DNA of 64,000 bases from Paraspadella gotoi (lineage: Eukaryota; Animalia; Chaetognatha). Location of the stretch: the NCBI GenBank assembly GCA_051294375.1, contig CM119263.1, positions 6,983,645 through 7,047,644 on the forward strand. Reading direction: 5' to 3'. Shown here one piece after another: positions 25,501 to 40,239 of this stretch. Made by a program: the position numbers and the translations under genes. Every line of letters begins with the position of its first letter. Position 1 is the first letter of the stretch. The notes under the pieces were generated by a model that saw only the letters and a program-made list of their open reading frames with translations, was not told the DNA's origin and did no database searches.

Positions 25501-28500
25501 CGAGAGCGGCGAAAGATTAGGAGACAAGAGACTGTCTTGAGAGCTCTCGCGAAAGAGAGTAAGAAACAATACGGCGCATGAGAGACAGGACGAGTGTGCA
25601 TCCGCGCTGTTTGCGTTATCTTCTAATGTGAGTGAGTCGTACGAGCAGCGCTATAGGCTCAAAGGGAAGGCCTATAGAGATAGAACTAAAACGAGAAGAT
25701 AGAAAGTATTAGAAAAGAGTAGCAGAGAGGAGATAGCTCTAGCGATGTAGAGAGAGAGATGTGCGCGGAAGAGCAACAAGAATTATGCAGATTTCGCAGC
25801 GAGACCTGAGAGAACGAGAGAGAGAGAGAGAGGAGAACGTGGTGTGAGTCGGAACAACTACCCGTATAGCCAAAAGCAAGAAGTATAACGGACAATTTTT
25901 CTATCTGATACTAATGAATTGCCTAGGGAGCGCAACTCACAAGCATTTGTTTTCGCGACATATTCTCTTGATGTACCCACATCAACTGAAGTATCTTGTG
26001 ACAAGCCTGATAAATCACAACCCACACTCTAACAACCGTTCTCTTTACGTCCTCTTTCTTCTCGCTCATTTGTAATAATATCCCTGTATATTCTCTATTT
26101 TGATTCGTCCCTTTATATACTATTATATCATTGCTCCTCCAATCCATAGCATTATTTCATTTTAGCTTTCCCTATATATAACATCGCTCCTTCAACTCTT
26201 TACCCGCCAAACACTCGGTACTCGCTGAGACAGACTTTGCCGCTTGTAGCTCGATACGAGCCGACTCCGTCACTCCGAACAGATCTACATGATACGATAG
26301 CCCACTGTCCATAACAGAGAAGCTCTCGTGACGATTTCCGATCATACACTGATGTACGCGAGAGAACTGGGAATAAATATGAATCTACGATACTTATAAA
26401 CAAGAGTGGATGACAACTGTCTGTTCCAACGGATAAATCATTTGTCTTATTGAGTACTTCTTCATATTGAATAAAATCTTCCAAGAGTTTCGTGCATAGA
26501 CCCGTACAGTCCATGCCGATTATTTCTCGATTCTTCTATTTATGACGATAAATTTAATGTGTGTCTGTGCCTATCTTTAAATTCATATAATATCTTATGA
26601 TTCTTCTTCTCAGTCGCCGCTCCCTTTATTCTCACTCGACTGTAGTCTTATTCGCTGGGGATTAATATTCTCTGAATTGTATGTTTACTCTATTTCTCAA
26701 GATTTTTGCTCTGAAAACACGAGCTTCCTATGGATCGCGCAAGTTATTTGAATTTGTATTACGATCCTTTCATGTATCTATATGCTTTCTTCTCTGATAG
26801 CACTTCTATTTCGTCATTGTATAAGCTATACTCGCGTCCGCTTCATATCATTTAACTACTCCTATATTTATGCCACATGACTCTCCCTATTTATAAGTGT
26901 GGATCAGTATACCTCTAATTTATCGCCAGTTTTACCGAACTTATTGACCGCGCTCACGTGCCAATTAATCAGCTATGCCTCGAGTGATACTATTCACTCA
27001 AAACACGCGGTCGCTAACACGAGTCTTAAGCATGTAATTCAGCCGTAAGAGAATGCATCAAACACGAAGACGCTTCAGCATTCAAAAATTTAATAGTAGA
27101 TCAGAATTTTATATGAAGGACAATTTGCCGCAGACAGACGCACAGTTCGTACCTCTCTGCGCAAACACTCAGAGTTTATAACGACAGTGACTCGCAGTGC
27201 AAATGCCCCAATATAACTGTCTCCCATTCGTCTTCGGCGCGCATGACTTGCGACAGCTCGAAACAATATCATCCTGATGCGAGTTTGGACTGGCTCTATG
27301 CTTTCGCGATTTTTTCACAAGCATTTTGGCAAGTCTAGTACAACATACGATCAGTACACTGACGTGCTCTCGCATGCAATCCAAGTGCTTCTGGGTCCGT
27401 CCAGGCGCACTGCGTCTCATCGCGCAACAATCATGTATCTAACTACAATTGTCGACAACTCAATGCATGACATATTTCATGCTTAGTATCAGAGTCGAAT
27501 CTCGACAACTCAGCACCCTAATGTGTATATTCTGGTAGATGACTTATCGATTGTACATAATGTCTTCTTGATTGTTTCATATTACGCGTTACTCACAAGT
27601 AATCCGAAGTTATTAATATAATCATTATGTTCAGCAATGTCTGGTTCCCTTCTCGACTCGTGCCTCCTCTCTTTGCTTTCTCGAGCAACATGCACTCATG
27701 TTAGTTCATCTCGCATATATTATCAACAACCGAATAAAAGACACCTCAGTAAGCCGAACTTGCCTCCTCGACACACTTAACAATAGCTATTGGCCGCATT
27801 CTTTGAGTATGTGTTCGTCATCACACGGCACATAGATCCATCAAGAGAACGTCCTAAGACAGACGAATAACAATCGGAGAATAGACGACGTGACAGGATG
27901 CGATCCTCGAGAAATCGCGCATCACGAATCCTAAGAAAATGGGCGGCCTCGTCGTAGCAGCAGTCCTCACGACTGATTCTACTGTTCTACCAGTGCTATG
28001 TAACAATAATGAATGTGAACATCTCTGCAGAAGTCTCGCTGAAGGATTCTGTTTAATTTATTACATACCGCTACGATTATTCTGTATATATGTGTTTTTA
28101 TGCTTTAGATATGCTTGTTCTGTTCTCTGCTTTGTATGTGCTATTGTTCTCCGTGTGAGTTATAAGAAGATCTCGGTTTCTCTAGTTTATATTTTGTCGT
28201 AGCTTCCTGGCTCATGTTACTCATTATAACAAGATCAATTATAGGTCTTTCCTTCGCCGCGCTTTCAATCCGTGAAACCACACCGGCAAACTAGGAATCT
28301 GACGCTGCGCACCAAGCCTCTACGGATATATCCAGCCCGTACCGAGGTGCGCACACGCCACCGCCATCCCCCAACCGACCCTCACAACCGCCCCGCACTG
28401 TCCATGTGCGTTCTGCACGGACAGCCAGGAGACATAGCGTGAAGGAACAGACGACGCTATGCACGACATACAAGGCGCTCGTGTACTGCGCAATCCAGCA

Positions 28501-31500
28501 AGATCGCGCAGACAGAAAGATTCGAGAGCTCCTATGCTCTTTGCTAGCTAGCTCCACAATTTTCGAGCAACCTCGCCCTATGTGCCGTCTAGTGCATGAT
28601 GAGCAGTAAGACACCGACTGAACATAAGGGACAAACTCTATCCTCAACTCTGAACCAGACACCGCCGCGGAACCTCCTCTCGCAGCAGCTCAAACCACCA
28701 ATCACCAACCAAGTACTTAAAATCAATAATATGACCTCCAACATAAAATACAAAGCAATAAAAAGCAAAAGTCGGCTGCAGTCCTAAGAAAAATTTTTGC
28801 GGAGTTGATACAATCAAATCTCCTTCGAACAGTTGAACCTTGTCTCATTGAACGTGTCTACTTCCGTCAACAGAACGCACCTGACCAGGTTAGATAACAA
28901 GCACGCGTCAAGGAGAATAGTGCGCGGTCAAAGCGCTAGAACGAAAGATCGATCACGAAGAGAAAGAAAAACCCGACAAAGGAACTAACGAAAGGCATAC
29001 GGTCAGAAAAAAAAACAACACGTATAATTGGCGAGCCCCAAGCAGAAGAACAAATAATTGCCGCGAAGAAAGTGGAAAAGCATAAGGATACATATATTAG
29101 CAACCAAACTTTCTCAACATCAGAGCGTATGAAAAACAAAGCGTAGATATATTAGTAGGCTGGTAAGTTACACAAGAGCAGACTTTCGTACGCAATAAGT
29201 GATTTTGAGAAGAGAAACCATAAGAAATAGGATTAAAAGGAATATAGTGAAACAAGGAGCGTAAGAGAAGCAAGACACCACAATGATATTTAACCGCTCC
29301 CTAAAATAAGAGAATAGAGAAGATCGACATAGTTGAGGGAAGAGAAGATAAGGCGTGCTGAGCAAGACTGCAGAAAGAAGGTTCAGGAGGACGCAACTCG
29401 AGGAGATATGGAAGCGCATAACGAAGAGGAGAAAGAAAAAAAAAAGGGAATTAGGAGAAAATGATCATAAATGCACCAGAAGAGAATGATGACTAAATGT
29501 AAATCGACATAACGATAAATGAGCAGCAAAAATCTTGAGGGACACACAAAAACGTCGATTGTATCAATTAAAACTAAGGCCTCTTAGTACCTAGACTTAA
29601 TGATTGACCGCGTCATTCTGCCTTGTAATATATTTGGTGAATGAAAAGAGTAACAGATATCATAAGATTCAAATCGCACCTCTCAGATAGTGCAGCGCAC
29701 GCAAGATGACGAACGAAGGGAGTACTGGAACGGGGCACGTACGCATTGCGACGTAAGGAGGTATAACTTTTTCTGCGATCTGGACGCGTCTCATCCTGTA
29801 CTCTAAAGTCGCTGCAGATCGAGACCTAGACATCGTGGTTAAGAGAGCGGATGAGGGCAGGTGATGAGCGCGTATACGCAAACGGGTCCTAAATCTCGCC
29901 GTTCGCGTCATCTCGTTTTCCTATGCCATCGACGCCGCTCATCGCAGGCACAGGACAGTTAGACATCGTGAAGCCCTTCGTTGGACAACCGACCTTGGCA
30001 AAGGCGCGACGAGGCACGTCTTCTGCACCAGTCCGAGAGAAAAAGAGGTCTGCGAGCTTCTGTGGCGAGGAACGCGGGATCTATTTACCACCATTAGTGC
30101 CCACAAAATACTTTGCACGCAGAAGGTCTAGATGCAAATGACGCACCTCAGGCTTGCGCTTAGGCGGTGAAGTACTGAGCACAGTCGTAGATATATGAGT
30201 TATAGTCCAACGCTATCACATAGTAGCAACGATCTCTGGATTAATTAAATTAGTGCGGGCAGCTCACAAAGTTGATTTTGAAGAGTTAGAAGTTGTAGTT
30301 CGGAGGTTAAATATTAAGGATAAATAGATTTCAATTATGAGCTCCCCACGCGTACTCTCTGGTCATTGACTTGGGCCCACAGATGTTCTAGTTCAAATGC
30401 ACCTCAGGCAGAATCATGGGAAATTCTGTAGGTATCCGGTGTGATCTCGAGAAGTTAAAACAATTATTAAAATCCTCCGCCGACACCGGAGAACCACGGG
30501 TCAGAGAATAAACGCAGGACCGTTTACCCTATCTAGCTTCCGAGCTCACTAAATGTTGATCGCTATGACTGCTGTAGTCGCGGCCCAGAACCAAAGGTGA
30601 CTGCGCGACGTTCGCGCCCATGGCTTTAATTATCAGCAACAAGTAAAATAAACTCTCCATTCGAAGTGTACTAGATACGGGTCGGTGACAAACTCACTAC
30701 ATCCTATGACTAAGTGAGTCGTTACTTACTGAGCCGTACGATTACGCTCGAATAAAGTTCTGCGAGAACGGAGAGACACTTTTGTCGAGTACATTTAACC
30801 TGATAAGTAATGAGAAACGTGCGTGTAGTGAAATGAAGAAATGACAAGCACACATAGGCGTAAAACTGAGCCTCATACCGAATAGCGTCTGATTTGATGA
30901 TGTGACCGCGCAGTGCGGGTCTTCACTATTTCAGGTGGTGGGAGCCAGAAAAAGAAAGCGGTGCAGGATCTCTGCAGCGCGCGCGGGAGCCGACGGCGGA
31001 GAATAGTACCGATTCTCATTCGTGAAATCGACCGGCAGCCTCTAGATCGCAGATCAGACAAGTGACAGAGGCAACTGCTTCTATCGGAGAAAATAGAGTA
31101 TCAGGAATAGTAGGAACGGGAAGGAAGATTAGATTGTTGAAGCGGTCAGCGTCGTCATATCAGCCATACTCTGAGCACTGAAGCGCAGTCAATGAAATAG
31201 CCCGACGCTGGTCCACGGAGTCTTCGTTGCCCCCTCCACAACCCTTTAAATCGACGCGATGCCCTCCTAGTGGGTAATGATTTTTTGGACCTAGATTTTC
31301 TAACTCTAACCTCTTGTCCTATACCTGGACGGGCACGGAGCGACAGTGCACTAAGATACGAGGGCGAGATCTTTCGACGTTTATGGTGTAAATTGATTTC
31401 TGCCATCTGCGAAATTGCGAGGTTGATGAGAAGGGATTTAGTATATATAGAGAGAGAAAGTGTTGTAGATCTGTTTGTTTTAGCGACCCCATTATTGAGT

Positions 31501-34500
31501 GTTGTGCGCTTGAGCCTTCATAAGGTGTTTGTTGTTCATTTTGTTGGCACGCGGCTCTTAATAACGCGAGGCGCAAACCTGCGGCATGCTACAATCGATA
31601 GTGTGACAACTGCCACTTTAGCGATGCCGCTGCACCTTTACAATTACAAATAAATCCGACTTACCCTTGGCATGTGAAGTTGAAAAGCGCACGGTCCAAT
31701 TGTCCACACGATATCCAACCGATGACCGTTGATGAGAAGGCAGCCAGAGCTACCTCAAGTTCATCTGAGCGATACAAGCGAGAACACTTACTTGCCCTGG
31801 AAAACTATCGTAGCTTGGCCGCTACCAGTATGGTAGTATCATTTACAGTATAGTTGGAAGACTAAACATTGGCCTACATAATTAAATAGACGCATTTCCA
31901 TGCATTAGTAGATACGCCCAGATAAGATAATGATGCCTGAAAATATCACAGAACATTCACTTCCCACCCAAAGCAGTCACTCAATTCGTGAGACAGCCCA
32001 GACCCCAGAGTGATTAGGTCGAGTATCGCTACGACTATACAATCAACAAAGTGGAACGCACAAAGAAGTTACGACATATGAGCGACAAGCTGTAAAGACA
32101 AGATAAGCAGCAAGTATGAATGCCCTCACCCAATTATAGGTATCCAAAGACCGACATTTCTGCGCACTTCATACCCTCACTTGTTAAGATAAAGAGGTAA
32201 TCATAGAAAAGAAATCAACATATCCCTTTATCAACACAACATCATAATAATCTTCAAACCACAAAGCCACACAAAGGAAAGAATAGATGCACATAAAGTC
32301 AGAACACAAAAGAAAATACGAAAGAAGCCCGAGCAAAAGATTTAATTATTATTTAATTCATCGAATTCTTCCATGTGGGCGATACACTTACACGTTCGTT
32401 TACCGAAATGGTTATTCAACCGATATACGATATATCCCACCCGGCCTGTAGAAGTTTTAGATTTAAATAATGACCTATATTTTCGTTGCCCGTTATGAGG
32501 GGAAAAATAAGAATGCGCCGAAAATCTCGATCGTGTAGAGAGTATTAAAATTTAAATACGGTGCAAATATAATACACCGAATCCAATATGGAGGGTGAGT
32601 ATTAGAAATGTGTGTGTGTATGTGTCTAAATATGATCCCAAAAATCTTTTGGAAAACTCTGCAACTTGGTTTATATAAATTCGTAGAGTACGTCATAGAC
32701 GAGTGGGGGACCACGATACATGAAAAGAGGAGACTCCTCGACTTGTTTCTTTTTTTTATAGGGACGGCATGGAAGGTCACAGAAATCCGGGTGACGTGGG
32801 TTTGAGTTGGATAAAATGATTATGATTGTGTGTGTCTGGATACAAACAGGAGACAGCTGCCGGACAATGTATCAGACTGAACCCGACGAAAGCTTAACAT
32901 GCGAACCCAGTCACAGCGTACCGGCCCTCCCGACTCCCCTCCGTCTATTTTCGTGGGAATTTAAAGAACGAACTTGCACCTGGAAAATATGTACCCATTG
33001 CCGCATACTGTCACCTTCCGAAGAACGAAATCGGACAAATCCCCCTGAGTCCGACATAGGTTCTCGAACCAAGTCAGCCGGAGCGAACCTAAGGACCAGT
33101 ATTGTCTGGGTGTCCAGTACCAGCCTCGAAATAACACTGACGACATCGCCGACCAGATTTTCGTCACTTTGTAAACCGACCCCTAACCATGTTTGCCTCG
33201 TACCCGTTCGCAACAAGGCAAACAGGCAATATGAAGCTCATATAACGACGACGATTGCGTTGCAGTCTTCTGCCCAGAACACGTTTCGTCTTATGACGAC
33301 ATCTTCGGTGCGTACGGTACTGCATAAGAGGTACCGGAAATCACTTTGATACGACGTCCGCTCACTATCATTTTTACGTGTCTGTCTTCTTTCGGATTAT
33401 GTCCTTAGTCGAGAAAGATTGCAGTTATAACTTCGATTCCCAACGGACGAATCGATAGCCGCACCCTTTTACAAAGAGATTTATCCAGCGCAGGCGCTCG
33501 CCTAACACGAGTTGTAATGAAAGTACCATCACTTGCCTGTGGAGAGCGCCTTATTGTTTGTCAACAAAAACCAAATACGGACGAGAGAGCAGGAACCAAA
33601 CCGAGAGCCCTTCTCACGTGTAATGTTTGTTTGTACGTTGAAAGATGATATTGAGACCGAGAAAGTGAAAAAAGATGGGGTCGAGAGGCATGAGACAGGT
33701 CAGTGAAGCAGCAGACAGAGGCGAGACCGAGATCGGGCAGAGAAGCCCTGAGATGACGCAGAGCAGAGACGGAGATCAATGAATCGAGCATTGGAGACGA
33801 CAGTCAGCACGAAACAAGCAAAACATATGAAGGTGTGGGTCTATTTGTCTCTCGATATTTTCGCATATTATTCTTCAGACGGCGCTTACAATAGTTATAT
33901 TATATCAAAAATTAACAAGTGTATTTTATGTATGACCGTGCTCTCTTGAGCTTGTTTTTTAACTCAGACCTCTCGCGCAAACATTCCATCAAACTTCCTT
34001 CTTTTACGCACCCCATCTAATATACTCTGAGCACAACAAACAATCGAATTAAATGCATAGCGAGCAAATAATAAACAAATTTATGCCTATTCACCCCGAG
34101 AATTCACATCATTATTTCTAGCCCGACCAAAGCCAGTCCCAGCCCCCTTACATATCTGGAAACGCCACGAATAATATGGAATAAATAACAATCCTCTGAA
34201 ATATAGAAATAATCCAACGACAATTAAATTGATAAAAAAAAAACAACTTCTTAAATTCTCTGCCCATAAATGTGTTTAAATTTCGCCCTGGGAATTTCCG
34301 CCGAGATTGTGACAGAAAAAATCTCGAGGCTATAAAGAAAAATGAAAGAAGTGATACAAAGGAGACTCGACCACTGGATTATACGAGCATAAAAGCGCCT
34401 CGATAGAATAAAATATTTTCGTTTATTTCCGATTATTAACTGATTAAACATAAATTCTCTCAGATTGTCACAATTACAATGAGTATAATTAGAAAGAATT

Positions 34501-36254
34501 AACAGTAACCATAAATATAAAACCTCGTTACTCGACTTTATATATGATCGTTAATTGAATATAATTCGTTTCATTGTTTATTAAAATACGATCATTGCGT
34601 GTCAGCTTAATATCATGAGTACATTGTTATTAGCGCTATCTGGAAAAGCGCTGTACGACATTCGGTCTTGACGTCCTGTTATCATCGACTTTCGTTTTGA
34701 CTACTTACCCGCAGAGTTTCATGCTCAGTGCGATAAAATCGAGATAAGAATTATGCTTTCCCTACGTTGCCGCCCTCAATCCCATTTCTGAAAACTACGC
34801 CGTACCGAGGAACTGTACATTCTACGCTTGATATTTACTTCCCTTCCTTTCCTCCTTTCTCTCTTCTTCAATAATTTCTGGTATCTTTTATTCGATCTCT
34901 TCCTATTCCCTCCTCAGTCATTTTCCTCGATTATACTCTTCGCCCTCGCTTTTAGCGTCATCGAAAATAGTTCGTTTAGCGCCGGTCGAAGATGTGACGA
35001 AAGAAACAGAAAGACGCGCATACTCGTCGCTACTTCCCACCGACGCCATTCGCGCACTATCGACGACGACGACGACGACGCAGCGACGACTGACGACGAA
35101 CGACGACGACGACGACGCACGACGACTCCGCGACGGAGCTGACGTAACGATCCCACTAACCGGCGCGGAGGCCGGGCAACAGCGCCGTCGCCGCGCCTGC
35201 CCCAATTCAGCTTAGCGAATTAAATTACATATCCAGGTAACTCCTATTATTTTGTTGTTATATGTTCCTATTTTCCCACCATATGGAAGTTCCTAGAAAA
35301 AGTACTAACACTACAAAGAACATAGAATTAAGATTCCTATGCGCAACAAAATTTAAAATAAAAAGAACCTACATACCGAAATTATTCAACCAAGCAATAT
35401 CTAATCCTAATTTTCATAAATTATATAACATAATTGTCTCGAAATTTCGACAATTTCAACATTCAAATATTGATGTCAAATTTCTACACTCTGTCAAACC
35501 TCCTGTTTTTTATGATTACCGATTGATCACAGTTCCTATTCTTTGAAAGACTTTCGTTTCCTAACCGGTTCACAATTTCAAATTCTCTCTAGTTTTTGAA
35601 ACCAAGCTATACAGCTTTCGTCTAATGCAGGCAAAAGCTACCATCTTATAACGTATTCCGTAAACCCAGAGCAGTTCCCTCTATCATGCTTTTTTTAATC
35701 CACCTTCACACCGTCTCGCGCAAGCTGATATTCGCCCGTAAACTAAACCAAGTCTAGTGGTCACTTTAAACCCACCGGTCGCCAGGCAATTCTACCCTCG
35801 GCCGCCAACTCTTTCGCCAAGGACGCGCCGAACGTAGGCACATAAGCGTGCAGACTTACAATACCCTGATTATAAATCCACCATGACGACCCAAGCACTT
35901 TAACTCTCCTCCCTCTTCATCCAGGTCTCTCACTCTCTTAGCCCATCTCGATCCAATCTCTCTCTTCTTCCTCCTCTGTCGTCTCTCATCGCTCCGTCAT
36001 CTCATCCTCATACGGCCTCGTCCTGCCCTTCTGCTCTCAATGTCCTTGCTCCCACGGTTTCTCTCTCATCTCTCCTCCTCATCATTCTCCTTCTACTCTG
36101 CTTTGATATTACTAATGTTATATTGAGTAATGCGAGAAAGGTATGTTGTGCCCAATTATTTCAACTAAACGAGTGCCCTGATAGTGAAATTCGTTACTTT
36201 ATTTACGCCAATCTTAACATTCTTGTGTGCCTTAAAACCGAAAAATTCTCCACT
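22540..36254 (+). other. Assembly artefact: very low-quality long-read fill, an expanded noisy copy of ~36330-41200
   Basis: Collinear anchors: 22561=36334 (aaattggccaccaagag), ~23050-23650=36850-37450 (24-bp repeats), ~25850=38010 (ggaacaactacccgt), ~29706=39416 (atgacgaacgaaggg), ~31188=40087 (gtcaatgaaatag), ~34135=41122 (ccagtcc..gaaacgc). The segment ends at a 25-N gap. The source of the last ~2 kb is not identified. Confidence 0.85.
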
Positions 36255-36844
36255 NNNNNNNNNNNNNNNNNNNNNNNNNAGAGAGAGAGAGAGAGAGAGA
36301 GACGGAGAGAGAGAGAGAGAAGAGAGACGTGAAAAATTGGCCACCAAGAGATTCAGTAAAACAATAATTTCAAGTCTCAATTTACTCCGCAAATAATCTT
36401 CAAACTTCAAAATGAAATTACACAATTGATTTATTGACAACTATAAAAATCTTGTTAAATATAAACATATAAATTAGAATCCAATAGTTTTGCCGTAGTA
36501 ACAATAAAAAATTTTGACTAATATAAATACTAATACGTATTAAAATAATAAAATGACCTAAAATAAATTATTTACAATTAGCAGTTTAAATCATTTAAAA
36601 ACAATATAGCTTTAGTTACGATGAATGAATAGTATGTTGATGATATAATTTTCAAAAGATATTTCGCATCGGTATTCAGCGCCATCTCCGTCTTCCCTTC
36701 CGCTCCACTTTGTTTTTCAAAGAAGCTCGAAAATCGATTGTCTTTCTAACGAATCTCATTTTCAAGGCCGAGAGTTTACGAGTTCGGTGGCCTTGAAACG
36801 GATGGTGGTGGCCGACGCTCCTACTGTGATCGATAGGGGTGAGG

Positions 36845-37440
36845 GGACGGGTGACTGGTGACTTGTTATGAGATGGTCAGAGGATTGGACGGACGTGAAT
36901 GGTAAAGAGGGTGGACGTGGTGATATGTTAAAATGACGCTGAATGCAAAGTCGATACGGGGTGCAAGAGATGCAACGGGTGTATGAAAAGAGTACAGTGA
37001 ATGGAAAGAGGAGTGACGGTGTGAATGACAAAGAGAGTGAAAGTGAGGCAAAGGAGTAGGATGTAAGATGAGGAATGAAAAGGATACGGTGAATGGCAAA
37101 GAGGATGACGGGTGACTGGCAAAGAGGAGTGACGGGTGATGTAAAGAGGAGTGACGGGTGAATGTGCAAAGAGGAGTCGGAGTGAATGGAAGAGGAGTGA
37201 CGGGTGAATGGCAAAGAGAGTGACGGCGTCGGAAGGTAAAAAGGCCAAGTTCACGAGCGAAAGGCATAGGGTCGGATGCAGAGGGGGTGACGTGGATGGC
37301 AATAAGGAGTGTAATCCGGAAATCTGTGAATGGCAAGAGGAGTGACGGGTACATGGCAAAGAGGAGTGACGGGTGAATGGTAAAGAGGAGTTACGGACGA
37401 AAGGCATAGAGGAGTGACGGGTGAATGGCAAAGAGTGAAA
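36845..37440. repeat. Degenerate ~24-bp minisatellite (GAGTGACGGGTGAATGGCAAAGAG), ~20 copies
   Basis: Repeated units are visible, cleanest at 37090-37440. Confidence 0.85.
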
Positions 37441-39762
37441 ACTCGTGAAAGCGATGATGGGTAAAAGTGAGAATCGTAAAATATTTGTTGCTTGACCAAA
37501 TATTGAAAGACAGACAGACAAAAAAAAAAAAGAGATTTAAATTTTTTGTCTAATTTTCTCCAGTTGTTATTATTATCATCATTATTATTATTATTATCAT
37601 CATTATTATTATTATCATTATTATTATTATAGCACTAAAGTTAGCATCGAGTGAATTAGACACACACAGGTGCGCTTGGTTTCATTAGTCTGTAGAATAA
37701 GGAAGAGGAATGGAGGAAAAGCAAGCAATTACATATTAAATATGATTCGTTGTTTGCACGAAAGTATATTCAATATTAATTGACTCGTTGGATCAACTAC
37801 CAGTAATCATTTTTCTCAAAATATCTAGATTCTACTAGATTCGAAATTCATCGATCGAAAGTTTTTGGTATTTGTCGTTTGACAAACTCGACTCGACTGA
37901 GAGCTCGATAAAACGCATTCTCTATTAATGANNNNNNNNNNGGGAGGGAGGGTAGGCTCGAGGTTAAAGATAAATAAAAAGAGAGAGAGAGAGAGAGAAA
38001 CGGTTTGAAGGTCCGGAACAACTACCCGTTACCAAAAGCAGTAACGGGCTTTTTCTCCGATATATCGCGGAATCCAATTGATTTCAATTTTCTTTCGACC
38101 CCATCAAATTTGCACCCCTTAACGTCTCTCGTTCCTTTTTTCCATTTTGATTCCCTTTTTCCATTTCGATTCCTTTTTTCTCGTTCCCTTTTTCCATTTT
38201 GATTCCCTTTTTCTCGTTCACTTTAGCGCCGAACCGTCGCTGAGCGCTTCCGCTTGTACGACGACGACGACGACGACGAAGACAATGACGACGACGACGG
38301 ATGACAATTGTGAGCCGATTTCGTGAGGGACTCTCGATTTCATTTTCACTTTAACCATTTTGCTTCCTTTTCAACTATTCTTTTTAGTTGCGCCGCGAGT
38401 ATTCGCGGGGATACTCTATAAGTCACTTTTCGGTCGGTCGGTTATTTTGAACATCTTTTCTTTTTTTTCTTTTTCTCTTTTCTTTCTTACTGTTTTTTAT
38501 TTTCTCTTAAACTTTCTTCCTAATTCCCATTAAGTTTCCTGGCAATAACCATCCTTATATTAAAAGCGTCGCACACGTTAGACGTTGACAACAACCCTCA
38601 TTTAAAATGAACAGTTAAGGAAACGGGAAACCATCAATTGACAGGGGACAACGTTTGAGTCGACCAAATGGAAAAAAAAAGATTGTCAGGGGAAATTGAC
38701 AGCGACATTTAAGAGGCGCGGCCGATTCAATCAAAAAACAAAAGGGCCAAAAAATTTGGCGGAAAAATCGAAAAAATCGATGCTAATTCAATCGAACAAA
38801 TGTAGACAATTTTTGTCAATTTTTTTGTTCGAAAAGTTCGTTTTTTTGTTGTGGAATCGTAACTGTCCTCTTTTTGTTGACTGTTGTGCGATAAAAACAA
38901 CAAACAGTGCGACTTGAATTAGCGAGCGGTGGCAAAGACGAAGACGACGACTATGATGACGACGAAGACGACGACGAAGATGTAAAGCCCGCTGCTGCCA
39001 TTAATAAATAATTGAGTCGAATTCCCGACTTTCTTTTTTTTTCTTTTTCTTTCTTTTTTTTTTTTTTTTCCAGAATTGAGTCGGTTTCTCAGTTTATTTT
39101 GAGGGTTAGATTAAAAGGAGGAAAGGAGAAAGAAAAGGAAGAAAGCGAAAGGAAGGAAAGAAAAGGAAAGAAAAGAAAAATGAGAAAAAAGGAAAATTGA
39201 AGGATTTGATTAAAAGGAATGAAAAAGGAAGGAAAGAAATTAAAGAAGAAACAAGGGAGAGAATGAAGATAAAAGGAAGGAATAGAAAGAGAAAAAAAAA
39301 GGAATGGGAAATGACAAGAGATGAAATCGTAGATAAAAATGAAAACAAAACTGGTTTCGTGATGACGAGTCCGTGAAATTGGAGAAGATAAAGAAATTAA
39401 AAGTGAGGACCTAAGATGACGAACGAAGGGTAGTGGGAACGGGGACGTACGCATTCGAGTAAGGAGGATAACTTTTGCGATCGGATCATCTTATTCTAAA
39501 AGGTCGAGTCGGTAAGATGAGGGAGAGAGCGATCGAAGGTAAGGTTCCGTTTCGTTTTCCATCCTCGACGCCGCGAGAATTAAAATGCTGAAGCCTCGTT
39601 CCGACCTTGGAAGGGACGAGGATGACCGCGGAGGGTCGGGTTTGTGGCGAGAGGCTGTGAGAGAAGGGTGAGGCGTGAACGCGGAGGGAAAGGACTCGGA
39701 GGGGACTCAAAGGGAATTAAGGTGGTGTAGTGGTAGTATTTCATACCCCACTACTCGTCCGA

Positions 39763-39990
39763 GAATCAGCAGCACCTATGGCGTCGGAGGTAGCACGAGC
39801 TCCTCCCAACCCAAAGGACTCGGGTTCGCGCCCTGCTGATTCACACAAGTAAAAGCGGGACGGGGCGTCTAACCCACCTGTAGTGTCGGACTACAGCCCG
39901 ATCCGAAGTTCGGGACCTTGTGTGCAACGGACGGTAAACTGCTCGCGGCATCGTCTTCCACAGTGGGGCCGAAAAAAGGGTCAGGATTGA
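39763..39990 (+). repeat. Putative tRNA-derived SINE-like element with structured body
   Basis: The 80-nt head 39763-39842 is closed by a perfect 10-bp stem GAATCAGCAG/CTGCTGATTC and contains an A-box-like TGGCGTCGGAGGTAGCA and a B-box-like GGGTTCGCGCCC. It is followed by stems CACACAAG/CTTGTGTG, CTGTAGT/ACTACAG and CCCGA/TCGGG. Confidence 0.5.
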
Positions 39991-40202
39991 CCGAGGAGGC
40001 GAGATAGTAGAACAGGAAACAGCTCTAGATTGCATCAAAGACGAACTGTCATGAAAACGAAGGAGGTCACGTCATCGAGACGACGCGTCAATGAAATAGC
40101 GAGTCACGTGTCTGCACCTAAAATTCGCCTGGAAAAAGATGTAACGACGACGCAATGAAAAGGAGGGCGAGATTGGGTGGGTATGAGAGAGGGAGAGAGG
40201 GA

Positions 40203-40239
<37 letters not shown>

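Noticed and set aside
23700-36254. Numerous 60-180-aa ORFs, e.g. 32807-33349
   Set aside because: They lie in noisy long-read fill that maps collinearly to 37500-41200 and show no recognisable domains.
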